A DNA stretch of 64,000 bases, taken from positions 1 to 64,000 of IMG/VR virus record IMGVR_UViG_3300031669_000021; one strand, 5' to 3'. Position 1 is the first letter of the stretch. Each line of letters starts with the position of its first letter. This document shows positions 52,073 to 60,206 of this stretch, one piece after another. The translations under genes were made by a program, and so were the position numbers. Origin of the DNA: a virus. The notes beneath the pieces were generated by a model. It was given only the letters and a program-made list of their open reading frames with translations, had not been told where the DNA came from and searched no databases.

Positions 52073-52447
52073 ATGTTCAATCTACAAAAACTCGAAGTTG
52101 ACGCTATCATTGCCGGCGTAATCATATTAATAATAATTGGCTTAGGTTTTGGTACCTATTACTATCATGGAAAATATGTCGACTCATTAGTAACAAACGG
52201 CCAGCTAAAAGCTCAGAATACTAGTTACTTGGCAACTATTAATGCCGATTCGGCTGCTAATGCCAAGCTTGCTGCTGATTCATTAGCAAGAGAGAAAGCC
52301 GCTGCAATTGCCCTCAAAGCTGCAAAAGAACAGGCAAGAGCATTCCAGAAGAAAGCGTCTGATATTCTAGCTTCTCAGGCAGCTTATCCAACAGATATGT
52401 GCAAGTCTGCAGATGCATTGTACGATGATTATCTCGGAGGTAAATGA
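52073..52447 (+). CDS. i-spanin (Rz-like)
   Basis: ATG 52073 right after endolysin stop; N-terminal TM, Ala/Lys-rich periplasmic coiled coil. Confidence 0.55.
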   Translation: MFNLQKLEVDAIIAGVIILIIIGLGFGTYYYHGKYVDSLVTNGQLKAQNTSYLATINADSAANAKLAADSLAREKAAAIALKAAKEQARAFQKKASDILASQAAYPTDMCKSADALYDDYLGGK

Positions 52448-52448
52448 T

Positions 52449-52715
52449 ATGAATAAGCTATATCTTTTAATTGCTGTTCTACCACTTTGCGGATGTTTAG
52501 CCACAGTTGGCCCTACAGTCGTTGATCATAACGTTATTGTTCAGGTGCCATGCATTGTGACGTTGCCAGAAAAGCCGATTTTTCCGTTAACAGATACTGG
52601 TTCAGTTAAAGATAATATATTTGTTAAGAGTAAAAAAGCATTATCTGAGATTGAGGCACGAAAAGCGTACGAGAAAGAACTAGAAGCTGCCGCAGAAAGT
52701 TGCACACAGAAATAA
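52449..52715 (+). CDS. o-spanin lipoprotein (Rz1-like)
   Basis: ATG 52449 2 nt after i-spanin stop; signal MNKLYLLIAVLPLCGC with lipobox. Confidence 0.55.
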   Translation: MNKLYLLIAVLPLCGCLATVGPTVVDHNVIVQVPCIVTLPEKPIFPLTDTGSVKDNIFVKSKKALSEIEARKAYEKELEAAAESCTQK

Positions 52716-52768
52716 TCTAAGCATATTTTTCTCTTCTTCCGATAAATATTGTTATTACGGAGAAGAAA

Positions 52769-53104
52769 ATGGCAAACCCAAAAACAACTGCTGGCGATCC
52801 TAGAGAATCGTGGGTCTATAATCAATGGCGTCCTTTTATGGCATGGAGTTACGGCATAGTTTGCCTATGGGATTTCATGATTGCTCCGATATTCTTTGCA
52901 TGGTTTTCTCACTTTGAGCATCTGACTACTCCGATAGTTTGGGTTCCACTAACAACAAGTGGTGGAGGTTTATATCACGTAGCAATGGGGACCATCATTG
53001 GCGTAACCTCTTATGGTAGAACTAAGGAAAAGGTTTTAAATAATGGACTCAGTGCTTTACCACAAATGCCGCCTGCAGATCCGCCGTCAGACGCAACACA
53101 ATAA
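52769..53104 (+). CDS. candidate holin / membrane protein
   Basis: 2-3 TM segments, Pro-rich C-terminal tail, follows spanins. Confidence 0.4.
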   Translation: MANPKTTAGDPRESWVYNQWRPFMAWSYGIVCLWDFMIAPIFFAWFSHFEHLTTPIVWVPLTTSGGGLYHVAMGTIIGVTSYGRTKEKVLNNGLSALPQMPPADPPSDATQ

Positions 53105-53121
53105 TTTCGGTTTAACAAAAT

Positions 53122-53150
53122 TTGACTTTCTGATGCAAATAGTGCATAAT
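53122..53150 (+). promoter_or_regulatory. sigma70-type early promoter
   Basis: TTGACT 53122-53127, 17 nt, TG-CATAAT 53143-53150. Confidence 0.55.
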
Positions 53151-53155
53151 AGCCT

Positions 53156-54013
53156 ATGAACTATTATGAACTCCTTGGTGTTACAAAAGACACCCCACAA
53201 GACGAAATTAAAAAGAAATATCGAGCCCTTGCGTCAAAACATCATCCTGACAAAGAAGGCGGCAATACTCAAAAGTTTCAGGAAATTCAGATAGCATATG
53301 ATACCCTAAGCGATGCACAGAAAAGACATCAGTATGATATGGAATTAGCTGGTGGCGGTAGACAGCAGTTTAGCTTTAATAGCAGTCATGCTAATGACAT
53401 GCATGAAGATATGCTTGATCTTCTTCGCAGGCAGTTTGGATTCAATGTAGGCGGCTTTCAATCACATTTCCAGCAATCTCATCGACCAGCAAGAAATCAA
53501 GATGTGAGAATTGCAGTTCAATTAGACTTATATGATACATTAGCGGAGCAAGATAAGACGTTAAATCTTAAGATTCCGGGTGCAGAAAGTAATGCAATTA
53601 GTATAAAAATTCCGCGAGGAGTACAGCACGGAACAATGATTCGTTATCCTGGATTAGGAAGTCACGAAATAACAACAGCGCCAAGAAGTGACTTATATGT
53701 CCAATTCCATATTAAACCACATCCGGTTTTTGAACAAGACGGAATTGATTTAACAATGCCCTTGACTATTAATTGCTTTGATGCTATACTGGGATGTGAG
53801 AAATCAATTACTGGTCTTGATGGGAGAATATTCAGGCTCAACATTCCGCCAGGCTCACAACATGGTAAGAAGTTAGGTATTCCTGATGCTGGTTTATACA
53901 CAACCGAGCATAACAATCGAGGAAAATTAATCATTGATCTTAATATCGTAATACCAGAAACTTTAACAGAATCACAAAAAGAAACAATCCGTTCTATTCG
54001 AGCGGCACTGTAA
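53156..54013 (+). CDS. DnaJ-family co-chaperone (J domain plus DnaJ C-terminal domains, no Zn finger; CbpA-like)
   Basis: YYELLGV..KKKYRALASKHHPDK J domain with HPD; C-terminal ..DLYV..H..F.R.G.DL beta-sandwich repeats. Confidence 0.75.
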   Translation: MNYYELLGVTKDTPQDEIKKKYRALASKHHPDKEGGNTQKFQEIQIAYDTLSDAQKRHQYDMELAGGGRQQFSFNSSHANDMHEDMLDLLRRQFGFNVGGFQSHFQQSHRPARNQDVRIAVQLDLYDTLAEQDKTLNLKIPGAESNAISIKIPRGVQHGTMIRYPGLGSHEITTAPRSDLYVQFHIKPHPVFEQDGIDLTMPLTINCFDAILGCEKSITGLDGRIFRLNIPPGSQHGKKLGIPDAGLYTTEHNNRGKLIIDLNIVIPETLTESQKETIRSIRAAL

Positions 54014-54047
54014 GCCGAAACAATAAATATTTTATATAGGGAACAAC

Positions 54048-56348
54048 ATGATACAGTCCAATCCAGAAATTGATATTATCGTTAACAATGCAACCGTAAA
54101 TGCAAAACAGCTTCATCATGAATATGTGACTCTGGATCATTTGGCATTGTCTCTCGTAACATATCAGCCATTTTATCAACTGCTAAGTGATTATGGCATT
54201 GCAGTCAATGAACTTGTAGCAGAACTAGTTGCTTATATCAATAGTCAAACTTCACTAGTAAGTAAAAAAGCAGAATACGATGCTCCTCGCCGAACACATG
54301 CTCTTGAACGAGTATTTAATCGTGCCTTCACACAAGTGTTGTTTAGTGGCAGAACAAACATGCAGGTCATTGATGTGTTTCTTAGCATCATCGCCGAAGA
54401 TAAAAGCACCGCTGTTTATTTCTACAACAAATACGGCCTTGATCGTCAAAGCCTGCTAACATATTACCAAAAAAACTATAACGAGAAGAAAGGGACTAAG
54501 TCGGCCATGTCACAAAAAGCAGATTCAATTCTTGAAGAGTATTGCACTGATCTAAATGCAAAAGCAACAGCTGGCAAAATCGATCCCGTCATTGGTCGAG
54601 AAATAGAACTGGAAGAAATATCTGAGGTTCTGGCCAAGAGAAACAAAAGCAATGTGCTCTTGGTTGGCGACCCAGGTGTTGGTAAAACAGCAATTGCGGA
54701 AGGACTTGCATTGCACATCGTCAATGGTCTGGTGCCGGAATATTTGAAGGACTACACCGTTTATAACCTTGATATTGGCTCCTTGTTGGCTGGTAGCAAA
54801 TATCGCGGCGAGTTTGAAGAAAAGCTTAAAGATGTTTTGAAGGCTCTTGACCTTAAAGGAAAAACAATCCTGTTCATCGACGAAGCGCACCAAATGCGTG
54901 GTGCTGGTCAAGGAAGCGGATCGAGCGTTGACTTCGCAAACATGATCAAGCCAGCATTGAGCAAAGGTAACATCAAAGTTATCGCAAGTACAACCTGGGA
55001 AGAATATACTCAATCATTTGAAAAGGATCGTGCGCTGATGCGTCGTTTCTATCGCATGACAGTCACTGAGCCTACTCCAGAAGTGGCAAAGGACATCTTA
55101 CGTGGTTTGAAAACGCATTTTGAAACGTTCCACAAAGGAACAATCGACGAAACAGCAATTGAAGCCGCGGTTGATTTAAGCGTTCGTTATCAAACAGACA
55201 AAAAACTTCCAGACAAAGCAATCGACCTAATTGACTCAGCGTGTGCGAGATTGCGTATTAAGAATGAGCCATTCGTTCTTAGTCGTCGTAACATCATTGA
55301 CGCAATCAGTAAGTTTACCAAAATCCCAGCAGATCAGATTGGATCAGAGCATGTTACTTCCTCATTAGAAGGACTTGAGGATAATATCCGCGTACATTTG
55401 TACGGTCAGGACAAAGCAATCGACGAAGTAATTGAGAAGATTTATGTTGCTCGCGCTGGTCTTAAGGCGATCAACAAACCAATCGGCAGCTTCTTGTTTA
55501 TGGGTCCAACAGGATCCGGCAAAACAGAACTTGCAAAATTATTGTCAACTAACTTGAATATGAAGTTATTGCGTTATGACATGGGCGAATATCAAGAAAA
55601 GCACAGCGTGGCTAAGTTTATTGGGGCGCCGCCTGGATATGTTGGCTATGACGACAGCAACATGGGTGGCGGATTGTTGATTAGTGAGATTGAAAAGAAT
55701 CCTAATGCAATTATCTTGTTGGATGAAATTGAAAAAGCTCACCCAGATGTTACAAATATTCTGCTTTCATTGATGGATGAAGGTGTGGTTACTTCGAGCA
55801 ACGGCAAAAAGGTTGATGCAAGAAATACAATCATAATCATGACATCGAACCTCGGCGCAGCAGAAAACGATAAGAACTCAATTGGTTTTGGTCGTGACCA
55901 CAAGCGCAGCGGCGAAGACGACAAAGCAGTTAAAGAATTCTTTAAACCAGAATTCCGAAATCGTCTTGATGGCATTTGCAAATTTAACAGCCTTGAGCAT
56001 GATAGTATTGTGAAGGTCGTACACAAGTTTGTCGGCGAGCTGAATGAATTATTAAGCGACAAGCATCTTAAGGTTCAACTAACTGATGCAGCACTTGAGT
56101 ACCTGGTATCAACGGGTTTTGATAGCAAGATGGGTGCTCGTCCAATGGCTCGCAAGATTAATAGCTTCATCAAGGTTCCGTTGAGTAAGAAGATATTGTT
56201 CACGTCGATCCCTCTTGGTTCTACTATTACAGTGGATGAAGTTAACGGAGAAGCAGAGTTCACTGTTGTGCCCCCAGAATTACCCCTAATAGGAAATACA
56301 GCACCGCTGGTGGATGAGAATGGCTATATCAATGTCCCAACAGAATAA
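54048..56348 (+). CDS. ClpA/ClpB-family AAA+ unfoldase, two nucleotide-binding domains
   Basis: NBD1 GDPGVGKTAIAEGLA / ILFIDEAH; NBD2 GPTGSGKTELAKLL / ILLDEIEKAHPDV; sensor GARP; 766 aa. Confidence 0.85.
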   Translation: MIQSNPEIDIIVNNATVNAKQLHHEYVTLDHLALSLVTYQPFYQLLSDYGIAVNELVAELVAYINSQTSLVSKKAEYDAPRRTHALERVFNRAFTQVLFSGRTNMQVIDVFLSIIAEDKSTAVYFYNKYGLDRQSLLTYYQKNYNEKKGTKSAMSQKADSILEEYCTDLNAKATAGKIDPVIGREIELEEISEVLAKRNKSNVLLVGDPGVGKTAIAEGLALHIVNGLVPEYLKDYTVYNLDIGSLLAGSKYRGEFEEKLKDVLKALDLKGKTILFIDEAHQMRGAGQGSGSSVDFANMIKPALSKGNIKVIASTTWEEYTQSFEKDRALMRRFYRMTVTEPTPEVAKDILRGLKTHFETFHKGTIDETAIEAAVDLSVRYQTDKKLPDKAIDLIDSACARLRIKNEPFVLSRRNIIDAISKFTKIPADQIGSEHVTSSLEGLEDNIRVHLYGQDKAIDEVIEKIYVARAGLKAINKPIGSFLFMGPTGSGKTELAKLLSTNLNMKLLRYDMGEYQEKHSVAKFIGAPPGYVGYDDSNMGGGLLISEIEKNPNAIILLDEIEKAHPDVTNILLSLMDEGVVTSSNGKKVDARNTIIIMTSNLGAAENDKNSIGFGRDHKRSGEDDKAVKEFFKPEFRNRLDGICKFNSLEHDSIVKVVHKFVGELNELLSDKHLKVQLTDAALEYLVSTGFDSKMGARPMARKINSFIKVPLSKKILFTSIPLGSTITVDEVNGEAEFTVVPPELPLIGNTAPLVDENGYINVPTE

Positions 56349-57078
56349 TCCCTGGGCCAAGTTTGACATTACCGAGAAACAAATAAAGAACACAAGTAAG
56401 ATGTTCTATGGTAAATATTTCTATCAGGCGGTATTGAAAATACCTGGAATCTATACCTATAGAGAAGTAAACAGGTATCAATCACTGAATCTCTTTACTG
56501 AGTATTTAGATAATAAAAAGAGCTATATTTCTAAGCACAATAGTTGGGGCTATGGAAGTCTCATTGAAGCTGACCCAAAACAAATCTACACTGTCCACCA
56601 GACACTACAAAAATTTAAGGGTGATGTTCGTGTTAGAACAGAAAAAAATAAGATATCTATTTGCACAGTTACAGAGGAAAAACTACTAGAGGTGCTAACC
56701 ACCCTTAAAGCTAAAGGTCTAGTAATTAATATATTTCAACCGGCAAGCGAAGAAGCAGCAGAGAAAATTAAGGACGGTATTCTTTTTGTTGGTAGCGACC
56801 CCAAACTAAAATTTAGGGCAATGATTAGAAGTAAAAGATATAACTCTACTGTCAGAACACAAATTGCTAACTATGTAGATAATTACGAGGGAACAATTTT
56901 GATGTCAGAGTACCTGAAACAAAAATTGCGTAAACCGGCGACGGTCATAGATGGCGACGAGCAGTATATATCTGGCTATTTCTATGTTGACAATATGGAA
57001 TCTCTTATGTTCTTACAACTTATTTCCCCCACTTTTGTCGGAAAAATATTTCCGCTCGAGACTCACGTAGATAAATAA
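56332..57078 (+). CDS. hypothetical protein approx 248 aa
   Basis: ATG 56332 overlapping clpA-like 3' end. Confidence 0.5.
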   Translation: MSQQNNPWAKFDITEKQIKNTSKMFYGKYFYQAVLKIPGIYTYREVNRYQSLNLFTEYLDNKKSYISKHNSWGYGSLIEADPKQIYTVHQTLQKFKGDVRVRTEKNKISICTVTEEKLLEVLTTLKAKGLVINIFQPASEEAAEKIKDGILFVGSDPKLKFRAMIRSKRYNSTVRTQIANYVDNYEGTILMSEYLKQKLRKPATVIDGDEQYISGYFYVDNMESLMFLQLISPTFVGKIFPLETHVDK

Positions 57079-57095
57079 TTAAAAGGGGATTTAAT

Positions 57096-57266
57096 ATGGC
57101 CGCAATTAATGTTGAGACAATCACAATAAGTATTAGTCGAATTCAGCGAATAAACGAAGAACTTAGTCCTATCGCAACAGAGGAATTAACGAGCACAGTT
57201 GAATCTATCGTTCAGGAATTAGTCGGAGAAAACGCTATCGTTGAAGTAGAAGTAAATAATGGCTAA
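57096..57266 (+). CDS. acidic small protein 56 aa
   Basis: late box GATAAATAAT 18 nt upstream; ATG 57096 to TAA 57264-57266. Confidence 0.35.
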   Translation: MAAINVETITISISRIQRINEELSPIATEELTSTVESIVQELVGENAIVEVEVNNG

Positions 57267-57678
57267 TCAATCGGTTGTTTTATTTCAGTCTTTGTCAACA
57301 AGTTCGACAGCACCGTATGCTCAATGGGATGCTGGTCCGAATTCTACAGACGCAAATAACAAACTATTGGCCTTTCCGTTCTATAGCGACAAAACAACAG
57401 GATGCGGGTATTATGGTCAGACAGATCCGTTTCATACTGTGTCTTATGCGACAACATCAAGCTTTATTGGCATTATTAGGTTGCAGGGAAGTCTGGCATC
57501 AGATCCGGCATCAACAGATTGGTATGATATTCCCGAGACCACTTACGGCGATGGCATTACATCAATGCCGAATGTCCCAAAATTAATAAATTTTAATGGA
57601 AATCATATATGGATTAGAGCAGTAATTGTAAAATTTATTGCAGGACAAATTAATAATGTTCTGTTCTCACATAACTAA
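57259..57678 (+). CDS. hypothetical protein 139 aa
   Basis: track ORF. Confidence 0.5.
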   Translation: MANQSVVLFQSLSTSSTAPYAQWDAGPNSTDANNKLLAFPFYSDKTTGCGYYGQTDPFHTVSYATTSSFIGIIRLQGSLASDPASTDWYDIPETTYGDGITSMPNVPKLINFNGNHIWIRAVIVKFIAGQINNVLFSHN

Positions 57679-57689
57679 AAGAGGAAAGC

Positions 57690-58580
57690 ATGGCTAAGAA
57701 GAAAGCAGCAACACAAAAGAAAGAAACAAAAGCAGCAATTGCACCGCCAAACTTTAATATCGACGGAAATGCAAAGACTCACACTGATGTGGTCCAGCAA
57801 ATTCGAGAAATTCAAAAGAAGTATGCAGAAGATAATCCTAATCAAGCACCAGGAACACCATACGACTTTAGTAAATCACATCTTCATATTGGATTGCCTT
57901 GCTACGGCGGTCAACTTCTTGAATCAACAATGACGAGCATTATTAAGTTCATCTTGCTTGCTAGTCGAGCAGGGTTAAACTGGTCACTTGATACGATGGT
58001 TAATGAGTCATTGATTACTCGTGGTCGAAATAACTTGATGGCAAAGATGCTGTCAAACAAAGCAGCAACACATTTTATGTTCATTGATGCAGATATTCGC
58101 TTTGAGGCAGAATCAATTCTACAAATGATGGCAGCAAACAAAGATATTATTGCCGGCATGTATCCAAAGAAAGCATACCCAATCGCATATAACATCAACT
58201 TAAAGCCGCAAACTAAAATCCAAGGGCCGCTGTTTACTGTTGACACAGCAGCAACTGGCTTCTTAATGTATAAGCGAGAAGTATATGAGAAACTGATCGC
58301 GGCTCACCCTAACACAAAATACGTGGACGATGTGGGATTGGGCAAACAATACGAACCAAATATGTATGCCATCTTTGATTGTGTGATTGATGAGAAGGGC
58401 CACTACTTGTCAGAGGACTGGACATTCTGCCGTCGTGCTTCTGCACTTGGATACGATATATGGGCGGACTCACGTGTATTGCTTAACCACAGCGGAACGC
58501 ACGAATTCCAAGGAGATTTGAGCAAGCTTGGCGGACCTGTAGCGGCGGCCGTGGCAGCACCTCAAAATAATGCAAAATAA
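57690..58580 (+). CDS. putative GT-A fold glycosyltransferase
   Basis: FMFIDADIRFE DxD-type motif; family unclear. Confidence 0.4.
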   Translation: MAKKKAATQKKETKAAIAPPNFNIDGNAKTHTDVVQQIREIQKKYAEDNPNQAPGTPYDFSKSHLHIGLPCYGGQLLESTMTSIIKFILLASRAGLNWSLDTMVNESLITRGRNNLMAKMLSNKAATHFMFIDADIRFEAESILQMMAANKDIIAGMYPKKAYPIAYNINLKPQTKIQGPLFTVDTAATGFLMYKREVYEKLIAAHPNTKYVDDVGLGKQYEPNMYAIFDCVIDEKGHYLSEDWTFCRRASALGYDIWADSRVLLNHSGTHEFQGDLSKLGGPVAAAVAAPQNNAK

Positions 58581-58583
58581 CCC

Positions 58584-58612
58584 TTGACAAGAGGGTCATT
58601 TGAGTGTATAGT
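58584..58612 (+). promoter_or_regulatory. sigma70 promoter driving the tRNA
   Basis: CCCTTGACA 58584-58589, 17 nt, TG-TATAGT 58605-58612; tRNA 5' end 12 nt downstream. Confidence 0.6.
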
Positions 58613-58623
58613 ATATACATAAT

Positions 58624-58701
58624 GCGATTGTAGCTTAGTTTGGCCAAAAGCAGCGGCTTCTAACCCCGTGATCGTCGGTTCGAATCCGACCAAGCGCACC
58701 A
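58624..58701 (+). tRNA. tRNA, anticodon loop TTCTAAC giving anticodon CUA (amber-suppressor type); amino-acid identity undetermined
   Basis: Acceptor GCGATTG/CAAGCGC (one A-G mismatch), D-arm GCTT..AAGC, T-arm GTCGG-TTCGAAT-CCGAC, 4-nt variable loop, discriminator A, encoded CCA; U33 and A37 flank CTA; anticodon stem has one C-C mismatch. Confidence 0.55.
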
Positions 58702-58939
58702 AATGAAGAAAATATGAAAGCATACATGAGTAAAGAATTGAAAAAGATCCTGGTGCAACCAAATGCCAGAGCAATTCTTAAAAAGTGTATGAAAAAAGTT
58801 AGCGTACCAATTAATAAAACTAATAAAACTAATAAATAATATTATGTTGTAGATTAACCAAAATTTTTGTATCACTAACCACCCAAGCATGGATTCTCTA
58901 TGTTTGGGTTTTCTTTTGACCTTAGAAAGGAGCATCACC

Positions 58940-59317
58940 ATGTTGTAGATTAATGAAGATAAGAATTACGTTTATAGTTTTATTAGAACCGATCTGCCAA
59001 TCGAGCAGCAAATGGTTCAACTCGCACATTCTGCCTTAGAAGCAGGGCGAGAGTTCAACTCACCCACAACACCATCCCACCTAATTTTGCTTGAAGCGAA
59101 ATCTGAAGACGCACTCTTGCGTATTGCAGACGACCTCAAGAAGCAAGATATCCGTTTTCGGTTATTTTTCGAACCAGACGACGAGCGCGGTTACACAAGC
59201 TTGACAACTGAGTTTCTGACCGATAATGAAAAACGGAGATATTTCTCAAAGCATTCTTTATATAGATTCAATGCTAAGAGATCTTACAGCACCAAAGATG
59301 AAGTTCAATTTAACTAA
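58940..59317 (+). CDS. PTH2-like peptidyl-tRNA hydrolase candidate with in-frame TAG at codon 3 (ATG-TTG-TAG-ATT..)
   Basis: Frame open from 58949: INEDKNYVYSFIRTDLPIEQQMVQLAHSALEAG.. matches PTH2 N-terminal vvRtDL..GK.aAQ..HAa; first clean ATG is 59012 (track ORF) and would truncate the fold; SD AAGGAG 8 nt before ATG 58940. Confidence 0.4.
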
Positions 59318-59330
59318 AAGGAGAATCAAA

Positions 59331-59615
59331 ATGACACACACATCAAACGTATTAACATTTAACAGCCGCGCAACTTACCTCGAATTCCGTGCAGAGTGGA
59401 AGGCAGAATATAAGCAAGTATCGGCTAATATTCGAGAATGCAAGAACGCAATCAAAAACTCGCAACGTGAATCTGGTAACACACCGTTTCAGGTTTACCA
59501 TAAATTGCGTAGCTCACAGCGCCGTGCAAACGAAATGCTTGAGCTGTTGATTGAGGCTAAAAAGAAGGCGCAGAAGCAGTATTTGGAAGAACATATGGAG
59601 GTAGCACATGCTTAA
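59331..59615 (+). CDS. hypothetical protein 94 aa
   Basis: ATG 59331 after SD AAAGGAGAA. Confidence 0.5.
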   Translation: MTHTSNVLTFNSRATYLEFRAEWKAEYKQVSANIRECKNAIKNSQRESGNTPFQVYHKLRSSQRRANEMLELLIEAKKKAQKQYLEEHMEVAHA

Positions 59616-60183
59616 TTATAGTTGTTCAGACGTGGTGTTTCACTTCAACAAGAAACACCTGGAAGATCCCACTGTTCCTATGTGGGTTCTTAAAAGCCAC
59701 GGAGTCACGTTCTACGTTAATCACGTTGACGCGGAGGTTCCGTGGTCTACGAAAGAAACTCCAGATAACAGCCATACTAAAGGGAGTCTCAAATTTAAGA
59801 AGTGTAAATTGACAATTGACGAGGATAATTGTGCAGTAATATCAAAATTGTCAATAATGGACCGCCTTTTGCCGCACCCTAAGGTGGTTCATGCCCGTGT
59901 CATTGCCGACTTTGAGGGGGAGTTTCATCGCTCCCTCAAAGTAAGCGAATTTCAGCACAGCAAGATAAAGGAGATAGGTGGTGATTGCGGCTCATCGTTT
60001 ATTATCTGCGATTTATTAGATAAGAACGAGTCTTTGCTTGCAGCGATCAAATACGCCGGAAAATTTCGCATTTTAACACCAAATGAGAAATATTATCAGC
60101 AATATGAGCTAAAATGTGACTATATCAATGAGTATTTTGAGGAAGAGGAGGAAGATGATATAGTAGAACACGAAAACATATAA
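59608..60183 (+). CDS. hypothetical protein 191 aa, acidic C-terminus
   Basis: track ORF. Confidence 0.5.
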   Translation: MLNYSCSDVVFHFNKKHLEDPTVPMWVLKSHGVTFYVNHVDAEVPWSTKETPDNSHTKGSLKFKKCKLTIDEDNCAVISKLSIMDRLLPHPKVVHARVIADFEGEFHRSLKVSEFQHSKIKEIGGDCGSSFIICDLLDKNESLLAAIKYAGKFRILTPNEKYYQQYELKCDYINEYFEEEEEDDIVEHENI

Positions 60184-60191
60184 ATATAACA
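60179..60191 (+). promoter_or_regulatory. T4-type late promoter box
   Basis: Perfect TATAAATA 60179-60186, 20 nt before ATG 60207. Confidence 0.5.
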
Positions 60192-60206
60192 TATCAAGGA
60201 ATTTAT

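Noticed and set aside
58581-58595. CCCT/AGGG short inverted repeat over the tRNA promoter -35
   Set aside because: Only 4 bp; too short to be meaningful.
58624-58701. Alternative reading of the tRNA as a standard elongator with a different anticodon
   Set aside because: Shifting the anticodon stem by one in either direction breaks more pairs than the C-C mismatch solution; every 7-nt loop placement centres on CTA. Kept as CUA but confidence limited by one acceptor and one anticodon-stem mismatch.
58844-58953. 14-bp direct repeats near a tRNA as attP/attachment core
   Set aside because: No integrase or excisionase anywhere in the window and the genome context is a virulent T4-like phage; both repeats are in one reading frame with start-codon context, so a translational role seems more likely.
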